Positions 1 through 10,610 of a stretch of 64,000 nucleotides of DNA are shown here, piece by piece. A model generated the notes under the pieces. That model saw nothing but the letters and a program-made list of their open reading frames with translations, did not search any database and was not told the origin of the DNA. A program made the translations under genes and the position numbers. This stretch comes from Phoronis australis (Eukaryota > Animalia > Phoronida): contig NMRA01000274.1 of assembly GCA_002633005.1 (NCBI GenBank), positions 353,143-417,142 of the forward strand. The letters are read 5' to 3'. The stretch's first letter is position 1. Each line of letters opens with the position of its first letter.

Positions 1-412
1 GGGTTAACACACAGCGCATTTAAATTGAGAAATTTAAAAATTTGAATACATATATCCAAATTAAGTAATGTTTTTGAAAACACAGGAAGGGTCATGTGGC
101 TTAATATGGGCATTCTTCATTTATAAAATCTGTCTGTTTCTTAACATCAACCTTCAACCTATATATATATATTTCCACTAGGGGCCGGAAGTTGCTTTAA
201 ATAGACCGTAATGAATTTTAAAAATCAAGTTTCTACAGCAATTTCAGGAAATCATTATAGGCCACTCACCTGAACAGATATGTTAACTGGCCTAGTAAAT
301 CAAATTAAATTTCACAAAAATAATGCTCTAAACTTATAATATTTTGGTTTGTTTAATTTCCTATATCAAATCTCGTTCCTTTCCACTGTCATCTCATAGA
401 TTTCAATCAGCG

Positions 413-3361
413 TCAAGAGTTGCTGTCTGTTCTAGCTAGGTATTCGGGTATCGGGTTGTCATTGAGGTATTTCTGAAGGTAAGTACATGTGAGTCTCATC
501 TTTCCATCAACAGCTACGATGTAATCAAAGGCTGTCTGAAATAAGAAAAGTAAGGAATGGATAAAATTTAGTTCACAGGATCATGAAAAAGCACAGACCA
601 TTTACAAGTCAATAAATTGCATAAATCGTAAAAGAGTAAACAGAAACACACAGAAGAGAGGCATTACTTTTTTGTAACATTAGATTTATGTAGAAGTCAA
701 ACCAGTGACCCTGAGTGGCCATATAATAAAAACAGTAAAAACCCTCCAGTTTTGGACAGTCTAAAATTTGGGACACATATAATCAATCTGAAATTGAAGT
801 TTCTAGGTTCTGAAGATTGACGCATGGGCAATTTTGGCTATCATTATATTTCTGAAATGAAGGACACCGCGCTTAGCATCAACAGAGTCTGAAAATATAC
901 TTGACAGTTGATAAAGTCATCGAAAATGACCGCAATGTTTTCATGAGACCCCACGCTGTGTAACATCAAAGTGAATCTTAGTTTGTCACTGATAGCAATT
1001 TTTGAATTTGGGATGGCTAACATTGCCAATTTCTAAAATATGGTAAAAGCACTGACCTAGAGTGAAATAATTAAATTTTCACCGTCTCAAACTAGAAATT
1101 TTTTACTGCAATGCACGTTAGTCAAGATTCACTCACTACGAGTACATATGTTACTGTTAATTAGTGTAAAAAATGTTCTCCAATCACATTTTAGTTACAC
1201 CAGTTTAACTGAAGAGGTAGTTTGCCAAATACCATACTTGTTATGAATGCCAATCCCATTCAAATTCAACATATGAATCAAGTGACAATAAACACACACA
1301 TTCAAATTCACTTCATTAACAATTCAATACAAACTAAACAATAAACATTGATTGAGTAAGAAAATATCACATCTGAATTCAGGGATTTCATGTACGATGC
1401 GGGTGTCATTCTCAAATGCACTGAGGGACGTTTTTACATCATAAAAGATCCGGTAAAACCTTGATGACATGTATTGTAAACTACATGACAAAAGCAACAA
1501 TTGCCACTTGAGCGCACTAGAATTGAAAGCGCTGGTCCACTCCAGCATGCTTTGTGGTTCAAATTTGAAGAAGCAACCATCACAAAAATAAAAGATTGAA
1601 AGTGAGCCTCAAATGCATTAATTGAATTAATACATAGATTAGCAAATCTTCTGCAGAACTGGAGGCACATGCCATCTGGTTACATTGAACTTAAATATCA
1701 CCTTCTAAAATGCAAATAAAAAAATCAAATTACGTGTACACAAGATTTCTGTGATGTCAACGAACACTGCTGACAACAGTCCCACAATGCATTTCAAAAT
1801 TGACAGCAACGCGTAGATGAAATCCAGTGTATTTCAATGTAATTGTCGTAGATCAAATAAGCCACCAGACCACGTGAACTTGGTCTGCTTACATGGTCCA
1901 ACCTCGTAGACCTCCAGAACTCAAGTTGCGGTCTACCAATGAGACTTGAATATTTATCACAGTTTTAAAGTGACCGGGGTTGCCAAATACAGTATAATTC
2001 TTAAAGTCAATTTCATTTTTATAGCATACCAAGTAAACTCAGTCTGATAGCATGCTTAGTCTATAACATAATTCCAATAAACTTGCGAAACATTCTCTGT
2101 GGGTGCAGTAAAATGACCATTGTCAACAATGAATGTCAACAAGGTCTGTTGCTAAACACTCTCCTTTAAGCCCATGAACTCACTTGAGCTAGGTGTTTGG
2201 CAATTCCCTTGCCTCGGAATGAGGTTGGGACCTCCGTGTGGTACAAATCGGCAAACCCCGGCTTGATCCAGTCATAGTCTAACACAGCCTTCTCTGTACA
2301 CACTTCTCCATCTGAAACCATGACAATGTGCTGTAGTGAAGGGAGAAGCATAAGTTAGCTGTCTTCCCCTAAGATTGGTCGTGCAGCCGTACACCATATC
2401 AACACTGGTAAGCAATACAAATTTCTCTTCAAGCAAATGTACAGCCTGTAGTGCTTAATTACCTAAAAATCTTCTCGCGGCTCTTGATGTTTTGAAATAA
2501 TTTTAACTCAAATACTTCTTTCACATGTCTCTTCATTTGTCAGCAATCACAATTTGTCCTGCCAGGTATGAGAGGTGCAACCCTGGCAACAAAGTTTCGA
2601 GAACTAGTGAACTCCAGCAGATCACCTGTTAGTAATTTGCTCATTCCAGAGGTCACGGAGGTTGACCTCCATGTGATTAAAAAAGTTACATGCTACAGAC
2701 ATGCACAGTGATGCAATTCCTACAACAATGTCTCGGTTCATCATTTTGCTGATGGAACGAAGGACTATTCGGAAAAAATGTTGATTGCAAGAGTATTTAT
2801 TCGAGCTGGAAGGATTGAAAAACTCTCAGTGTACTGTAGAGTAGTTGCCTTCCAAAGTTCCGTTTTCCATTAAAAACGTACCCATGGTAATTTGCCTCTG
2901 ATAGTTTAGGCATGGTTGAGTGTAATTTGCAGAAAATCTTCCAGCAAACTGACTGCCCCATAGCCATGGCCTAAACATTACCCTAATTTAAGACTGTGAG
3001 CTTATCCTGGCAAGTGGAGGTAAGCAGTTAACGATGAACAATTTGTTCATTCGAGGCGTGAAGGAACTAGGAAATTAATGGCTGGTTCACGACTGCTTTG
3101 TAAAATCGTCGTAAGCAGGACAAAAGAACAAGAACGAACTACCGTACACAAGTATAAAGACTAAACTTTAAGCTGCACCACTCACTCACCGTCAGCGCGA
3201 AGCTGAATATAAAACTGTTTTGACTCTTTGTCATGGCTAACTACGAACGGCATCTCGCCTGGTTGGTTAGTGCTGGAGTTCATGGTTGTAACTTTATAGC
3301 TGCTCACATCGTTGAACTTGAAGGCAACGGACAACCTACTGCTAACCAACGACCGTAGCAT
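413..3361 (-). CDS. NATD1: NATD1 (GNAT/YjdJ-like N-acetyltransferase domain-containing protein), 3 coding exons: 3361-3190, 2311-2184, 535-413
   Basis: Manual splicing with GT-AG introns in compatible phases (1, 0) gives ...PFVVSHDKESKQFYIQLRAD/DGEVCTEKAVLDYDWIKPGFADLYHTEVPTSFRGKGIAKHLAQ/TAFDYIVAVDGKMRLTCTYLQKYLNDNPIPEYLARTDSNS*. The HTEVP-x-x-FRGKGIA and LTCxYxQKY motifs match NATD1 as recalled. Length is 140 aa from ATG 3361 or 114 aa from ATG 3283. Confidence 0.93.
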
Positions 3362-3464
3362 TACACGACAAACAATACAACACCAACAGAATGAAACTGC
3401 CACTTCCTGTTTTCTATGCGACACCTGGTGGCAAACTTTCATCACGGGTTACGAAGCAGTGGTC

Positions 3465-3865
3465 TGCTGAGTTTGAACTTGGTTAATCTCAAGATCACAT
3501 AGACGTGAATTTGGGGTTGAATATTTTTTAAAGTAACCAGGTGAATTTTTTTGTTAAGTGAAAAGAATTTTTGTAATTATTGGCCTCACAATCAGGCATT
3601 TTCTCCTTTACCGTAACTTGCGTCGCAGAACGGAATCGGAGGATGGCTAAATCAATTATTGTTTGATGAATTGGATTGCCAGCAGTTGAAAAAGGGTTGG
3701 TTAAAATTGACATTATTTTATTCAAATGTAATTTGATTAAATGCAGAGCAAATTTTTATGAACGTGAACGTGATTATTCGAGTGAACTTGTCAAGTTGCC
3801 TCGCATAGGTCTACGAGATCTTCATTGAGATTAAGCATGACGAGATTCCAAGTTCACGCACAGCA
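3465..3865. mobile_element. Non-autonomous TIR element (TGCTGTGCGTGAACTT-ended family) directly upstream of NATD1
   Basis: Ends ctgctgagtttgaactt / aagttcacgcacagcat are imperfect inverted repeats. Related sequence occurs at 46553-46921, about 42775-42830 and about 1870-1930. Confidence 0.55.
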
Positions 3866-4116
3866 TGTCTACTACGACGACATATTCGGTGCCCTCAAAG
3901 CTATCAATAAGTTAAGAAAATTAATCAATGCACGCAAACACAATTTTATACAGCATACCACCACTCTAGGCTCATGCTAGTTCCCTTTTTGAAATTTAAA
4001 TTTTTATAAAATTTTGCTTAATTGACTATGGTTTTGAAATGTTTGGAGTATTACCAAAGAAAATAAAAACTTCAGCATGAGATTTCAATAAATCAAACTT
4101 CCTTGCAATCAGTCTG

Positions 4117-4254
4117 CAGGGGCGGATCCAGGATTTTGAGTTAGGGGGACCAGGGCAGACATTCGCACCCGGCCCCCGAGCTGCCAAATGGAATCTGGGA
4201 GAATTTTAGGGGGCATGGCGCCCTTGCCCCCTCCCCTCCCTAAATCCGTTACTG
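4117..4254. mobile_element. MITE, CAGGGGCGGATCCAGG family
   Basis: Imperfect TIRs CAGGGGCGGATCCAGG / CCTAAATCCGTTACTG. The interior (aatctgggagaattttaggggg...catgg) is shared with the copy at 6702-6855. Confidence 0.75.
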
Positions 4255-5418
4255 CTTACTTAAACTTCATGAAACTGGACCAATTAATGGGCTTTTTGCT
4301 CACTTGCCGGAGCGCAGAGAAATGAGTTGTTGTGTTACGTGACCATCACGAGGAGGTGCTTATAAAATTAGGTAGCCTCGCATAGCAAGTCGTCAGTGAG
4401 TGTTTGAAACGTAGAATTATCGCGAAGGAAAATGCCAACGTAAAAGACATGACGACATTTAGAACTGGCTCGGATAAAAGTAGCTGGGAAACCTTTTTAG
4501 AACGGTTTTCTAAGCTGCGCTACATCCGAAAAGCCGTCGGGACAGCTAACAAGCGTTCTCTCAAGCAATGGCATTTTAAAAAATAACTTACGGCCTTAGT
4601 TAAATGTTTTGGGTATCTCCTACAATCCTTTGTGAATCCTACGTATAACGAAGAGCAATATTTTATCGCACACAAATCGTCTCCCGAGTTCAAAATAACG
4701 CCACTGTCAGAACTGAATAAGTCAGTGTAGGCCTATCCGACTCCAGTCAGCCTTCAGGATTTATGCCGGGGTTATTTACTTGAGTATAATGCACGTGCTG
4801 AAGTTTATTAGGATTGTTTCTCGATGGCTTTCTGCTATTAACTGTACGGTCGAAGCACACATAACTAGTAGAATTAAAAACATACACTGATAGTACTATA
4901 TACTTGAGGTTCATGGCAATAGGGCAATCCCGGATTACACAGTGACACTCGAACCTCGCTGTATTTACCCACAATGCCGTAAACATTTGTCAGGCCCATT
5001 TGCTGCCTCGTTTTCGAGCCACTGGAGTTTCACATGTTATTTGTTGTTGTCTGATTCTTAACAAGTTTTTCTCGGTTGCATTACTCTAGTCGTTCTTCCT
5101 ATGCTAACGAAGTATTAAATGTTGTGTTGTGGGCTGCAACACCGGCGTGAAAACGTTTTGTAAACTGGACAAATACCCGTCGATGCGTGATCTAAAATTC
5201 TTTGCCTTCCCGACATAATGAGAGACACGAAAATGTGCCTGATTTCAAAAACTAGATCATGTACTTTCTTATTTCCATAATAATGGCGAATAAAAGTCAT
5301 CTATAATGCATACATTTCCTGTTGAGTGACAATATCTGACGAGTGCAGTTTTCAAATGCATATTCTATGCTACTGTTACTGAGTGCCGAAGCGTGTCAGT
5401 CCCGTGCGTTCTTTCCAG

Positions 5419-5800
5419 GAATCGTCATGAAAAATGCATGGAAAACTATGCCTCGACATTGTTGTTCGCAATGCAAAGTAAAGAATCGTTATCAGATAAA
5501 TACATGCAAGGTTGTTTACATTTAATTCAACCGACACCACAAGAATCGTCATGAAAAAATGCTTGAAAACTGTGCCTCTGAGTTGTTGTTCTCAATGCAG
5601 GGTAAAGAATCGTTATCCGATAAATAAATATGTACACAGACGTTCTCTTGTACTACACAAGGTTGATTGTATTCAATTCAACTGACATTGCAGTAGTCGC
5701 GTTTCAGTTGGCATTCTTTCCATGGATCGTCATGGAAAAGTACTTGAAATGCTATTCCCAGAAAGTGTTGTTCACAATGCTGGGTTAAGAATTTTTATCA
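5419..5800. repeat. Degenerate tandem repeat, 3 copies of a roughly 125-180 bp unit
   Basis: atcgtcatg(a/g)aaa...ttgtt...caatgc...taa(a)gaat...ttatc recurs at about 5419, 5543 and 5725. Confidence 0.7.
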
Positions 5801-6701
5801 GTTCTCTGTGTTTTGGCTTGTTTGACCCCGTTATCCTCAGAAATTTCAGGCAATATTTCCAATTTCTATTTATTATTATACCACAATATTAGCCTCGAAT
5901 GGCAGATACATATAGCCCCTCGGGCTCTAGATAACGGGGGATAACGACATCGCCATGTAATAATCTATATTTATTACTGATACCATGGATGAATCCTGAT
6001 AACACTAACTATTTCACTGTCCAGAAGCTTCTATGATTTTTACAATTCCCCAAAAAATGAGTTTTCATGTTAAAATTTGACACTGATTTTGAGCGAAAAC
6101 TGATGTGCCCGACTTTTAAACTATTTATCAGACTGAGTAGGAATTGTTTAAACTACAATTTAGTAATAGAACATAAGCAAGTTAACTGCAGCTCATAGTA
6201 CGATCCAAATCCGTGACATAGGGTGAATCACCCATTTATGGCTTTTTGTCTGGTCTGAAGTGCACTGCCCTCTTAAGATAGGAAACTGGTTGGTTTTCTC
6301 ATCGGAATGTGTGAATGAATGAGTTCTAGTTATGAAAAACTTACGCTCATTGCACTGTAGTCATGATATGAATAAAAGAATGAAAAGAGAAAACAAGAAA
6401 TTGCGGTTTTAATATGTGTGTGCCGTCTATATTAGTCTTTTTATCAATTTTATTCATAAAACGTACTTAGTCGGCACGCATCTGTTTGCAAATTTCATAA
6501 TGAACACACGGTTTACTCCGTGGATAGGAGGACACAGGTTATCGCTGACCGGTGTTTAGGTAGCTTTCAGTGAGACGATATACTGAAGACTGGATCGAAT
6601 TAATCACTTTTAACTTCGGCCGCACGTACTCAAGTCTGCTCAAACAAAACGAACTACGTAATGTCTGTTCTATGCTCCAGCTAGTGCTGCAAAACCTTGA
6701 C

Positions 6702-6855
6702 CAGGGGCGGATCCAGGATTTTGAGTTGGGGGGTGGGGCAGAGTATTGGCCAGGAATTTGCCCGTCAGACACTTACACCCCGAATTACCAAATTTAATCT
6801 GGGAGAATTTTAGGGGGGGCATGGCCCCCTTGGCTCCCCTCTAAATCCGCTACTA
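6702..6855. mobile_element. MITE, CAGGGGCGGATCCAGG family
   Basis: Same TIR and internal blocks as 4117-4254. Confidence 0.75.
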
Positions 6856-7009
6856 CGGCCACGTGATGGGAACCAAACGAATATCAAGAACTACACGGTT
6901 CGCACCGCACACTACAGCAATTTATTATTTACTACAAGAAATTTTTATTAATATTGGTTATTGATTTGACCGCGTCGGTTATGACACCACATGAAATAGC
7001 CGATTTCGC

Positions 7010-7017
7010 TGACGTCA
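7010..7017 (+). promoter_or_regulatory. Full CRE palindrome TGACGTCA about 60 bp upstream of the orphan-gene ATG
   Basis: gcTGACGTCAtc. Motif match only. Confidence 0.4.
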
Positions 7018-7077
7018 TCAACTGTTTACGTTGTTCACTTGAGAACAGAGAACAACAGCCATCGCCATCAATAAGCT

Positions 7078-8242
7078 ATGTATTACGACGATAGCTCTGC
7101 TTCCTCAACAGAAAGCGACTCTGCCTCGAGTTGCGAAATGAGGGACCCGTTCTACAACTTCTCTAAAGTTAGTCAATTTCCAATTTAATGCGCTTTCTTA
7201 ACGCAGTTTGACTACAAGGGACTGCCCTTAAAAAGGAATTTAGTTTTGAGTTAAATCTCTCCAATACAACTAAGAGTGAGGAGTGTTTTTAAAGAACATA
7301 GTAGACACCGAATAGCGAATAACGTGGGGTTCAGAGATGACGCTTAATTCTGTTCGCATTGCCCTTCTATGTCATTAATATTATTATTAACGTCATCACA
7401 AGTGCGCATGCTACTTGATTGAGACATGCTTCTTATCTCCTAAAAGGTCTAATAGTCCAATTTTCCGATAACTTCATCGCATGATGGACAACAGTAGCCT
7501 GTCGATCCTTTTTTGTATTGTGATCTAGATATTGGAGAACCACTGCACATCATTTAATACGTGTAGAAGACTACTTTTGACTGAAGTAGCAAACTAATTT
7601 TTTACCAACATTGCCAACGAATGTAAACTAGAGCGGTCCTGTCAGTGATGTAACACATAATGCCGTTGGGAACCGTTTCAGAATTTAGACCGTATTTCGC
7701 GCAATGCCTGTCCAGGGCAGCCTATACAGGATGCAGTCGCTAATAACCCCGCCGGAGACCTTCCATTTGGAAATCAAATGCTTCTCAACGGACCATCGGC
7801 ACAGACACAAAATGGTGGCTATCACCCCAAATTTGGCATGCCAGTAACGGCACCAGAGAATATACCATCCGTCAATAATCCGCCAGAGGGTGAACAAAAG
7901 CCTGACACGTCTCATCTTTTCACCCAAGAATTCGTTAGCCAGAATCCACAGTTCGCACAACTTCCGTCGGTCATTCCAGAACTCCAACAGTCAGATTCTG
8001 GTGCCGCTGATGGCAATACAAATAACAATTCCAGCAGCTCAGATGAAATGGAACACAGAGGGCGCTCGCCAACGGTGAGGCGGACAAACCCTCTGCATTA
8101 CATAGTCGAGAAGAAAGTGTCCTTCCAACAAGGTGACAAGTTGCCGGAAAAACAAGAGGTTCACTGCAACAAGAATAACAACACTGGAAATAACAAGCAG
8201 AAAAAGAAAACGAAAAAGTCAAAGAAGAACGGTAAAAAATAG
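7078..8242 (+). CDS. Uncharacterised 216-aa low-complexity protein, 2 exons (7078-7167, 7682-8242)
   Basis: The ATG at 7078 is preceded by an in-frame TAA. Exon 1 MYYDDSSASSTESDSASSCEMRDPFYNFSK ends at AAA|gttagt (phase 0). Acceptor tttcag|AAT at 7682 is in frame with ORF 7778-8242, the longest in the window. The protein is P/Q/N/S-rich with a Lys-rich tail (KQKKKTKKSKKNGKK). Confidence 0.7.
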
Positions 8243-8752
8243 AGCAAAACCAAAGCTTGTTAAAATGCCATGTTTTATTTTGTCTTACCAGGACTATGGA
8301 TTATTTGAAAGATGACAAGGTTTGAACTGTAAATAGTGAAAACACATTTTATTTGGCAACACCATAATGCAGTTAAAATACAGATTGCATCAAAAAGCCC
8401 TGTGCTTAGTTCTTGGCGAATAACAACAGTAGCAAAGCACTCACACTTTGGTAAAGGTAACTTCTAAAATTCTTTAGATAAATACAAATCAAGGAGAACT
8501 TTAAATTCACCAGAAATCATTTCTTGGGAATGCTCAAGACAATACTCTTTACTGGGTAATTACACCAATATAAAATACCACAAATTCTCTGGATTTTTAA
8601 GATACTAAAGCCTCAAAGCACCCAATTTTGATGTAAAAAACACGACCTCTTCAAGAAAAATGTGTGCACTTTAAATCAATATTGCCAGCACTAAAATTGT
8701 AAACAATACAATGGCTAGATAAAGTCCACATGCTGGCATCTCTTGGCATTAG

Positions 8753-8858
8753 TCAGATATAGCGGTTCCTGATTCTGAGAACAAGTTTCATCCACTGAAT
8801 AATGGGCCCATTATTCAGAGATTGCCTGGTTCCCTATATCAGGAACCGCTATATCTGA
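8753..8858. mobile_element. Small palindromic MITE-like hairpin
   Basis: 21-bp inverted repeat tcagatatagcggttcctgat / atcaggaaccgctatatctga around an internal palindrome ctgaataatgggcccattattcag. Confidence 0.65.
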
Positions 8859-9521
8859 CCAGTGCTGCATCTCTTTTATTGACCAGGTTGCCTTTGGGCA
8901 CGAAACACTGACCAACAGAGTAAATCTAATTAAAATACAACTGCCTTCAATCGCAAAAAAGAACTTTCGATTTATTACATCTTAATGATACAAACTTGGT
9001 CTCTAATTTTTCCTCAGTCACAAATTAATTGGAGATGATTGAAGGACTTTGATATCAGGCCCCTCCAGTTGGCTTCATTAACATGGCATGTCATTTTAGG
9101 TGCTGAGCATAGTCTGAAACTCAAAGTTTTTTGTGAATCCAGAAACTGCTTCCTATCTGGGTGTGGAACGAGGCTAATCTTATAGGTCTGAGTTATCTCA
9201 ATTGAACGTTCACTTCCTAGACGCAGTGGGGATTAATATCTGTGTCAACTTTGACCTCAAGCAGTAATAACTTGTCAGTTGTTCTAAAGACCAAAAATCA
9301 CTTTTAACAGGAAATGAGTTGAGGATCACTTTATAGAGGTTAATGTTTTTTACATCAAAGATTGCCGCCAAACGTGGATGGATTAGGTCTTTCAAACCCT
9401 TGAATTTACACTTTAAGAACTGTATACAAAATATAACACTTCCATTTCACAAAAACAATGTACAAAACAATAGCTCATGCAGTGGTCAGTAAAACAGATA
9501 GCAGAGATTACTCTCACTCTG

Positions 9522-9650
9522 CTAAGACTTCTGGGAACACATGCTCACCCAGCAAAGACTTCTGGGTACATTTCTCACTTTGCAAAGACTTTTGAGAACA
9601 TACGCTCACCTGGCAAAGACTTCTTGGAAAATGTTGTAGCAAACTTTTCG
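9522..9650. repeat. Minisatellite, about 30-bp period, about 4 copies
   Basis: (gca)aagactt(c/t)tg...ctcac recurs at about 9523, 9552, 9582 and 9613. Confidence 0.7.
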
Positions 9651-9912
9651 ACAAGCACTTAAAAGCCAGGCTATTCAATATGCACCCAAAACTCTTTTTA
9701 AAATTACAAGCTCCCATTCTACAATCAAAAATGAATAAACATCTTCTGTTAGTATGGTTATCCTAACCAAAGGCACCTTGGATTTTAAACTTCACCTTCT
9801 AAAACATTCCTCTTTTAAAAATATACAAAATTCAACGAGCCAAAGCAAAATCCTCATAGTGAAAAACACAACACTGATACCTTTCACTGATATCATTCTG
9901 GGAGTGCTTTAA

Positions 9913-10052
9913 TTAAAGCAACATTAAACCCATACTTTTTGTCAAAAACAAGTTTTGATTTAGGTCACTTGACCCATTTTATAATGTTAAGGTAAATATC
10001 CAAAATCAAAACTTGTTTCTTGACAGAAAGCAAAAGTTTAATGCCACTTTAA
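9913..10052. mobile_element. TTAA-flanked MITE (Kolobok/piggyBac-type ends)
   Basis: ttaaagcaacattaaac...tgtcaaaaacaagttttgatt is inverted as aatcaaaacttgtttcttgaca...gtttaatgccactttaa. Confidence 0.6.
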
Positions 10053-10394
10053 ATCAGACGAGCAATCTTTTCAGAAAATTATCAGACCGTGGGCTTCACC
10101 GTCTGATAAAGAGCTTGCATCGTGTCCAAACAGTTGTTAAGAAAATTAATGCAATGATTTTAATATTATTAGATTAACATATCAAATATTTAATTGCACT
10201 TAAATAAACACGTACTTCTAATTATGAAAATCTTTAAGCATTTCCCAAACAATTTCACTTTTGACACACGAAAGCTAACAAGGCCACACAAATACTAGCC
10301 TTAAAAATTTAAGAATGCATCAATCATTAGTTGGTATAATTATCCTGGTATAGCACAACTGTACCACACTGCATGATTACAAATACAATGGTAT

Positions 10395-10610
10395 GGCCCA
10401 GTCACACCAAGGTAGTTCTCAACATAATCGCAATAGTGGGGAAAAAACTAGCAGAAATCAACAAAGTGGTGAACAATCCAAGTACAAACCCTCGTGGACT
10501 AGGTTGAATTCGAGGCAAGGTTTTTCGCTGATTGAAGTGACCCATTTTCACCTGTCCCCGCTCCCGTGGACTCTAGACATTCCGAAAACGAAATCAGTGT
10601 GACAGGGCCA
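10395..10610. mobile_element. MITE with TGGCCCNGTCACAC TIRs
   Basis: tggcccagtcacac ... gtgtgacagggcca. Confidence 0.55.

Noticed and set aside
6571-6657. Possible extra exon of the plus-strand orphan gene (RRYTEDWIELITFNFGRTYSSLLKQNEL)
   Set aside because: Its phases (1/1) are incompatible with the phase-0 acceptor at 7682 and with the donor near 4720.
9522-9650. Regularly spaced gcaaagactt repeats resembling a CRISPR array
   Set aside because: The intervening sequences are homologous to each other, the context is eukaryotic and no cas genes are present. It is an ordinary minisatellite.
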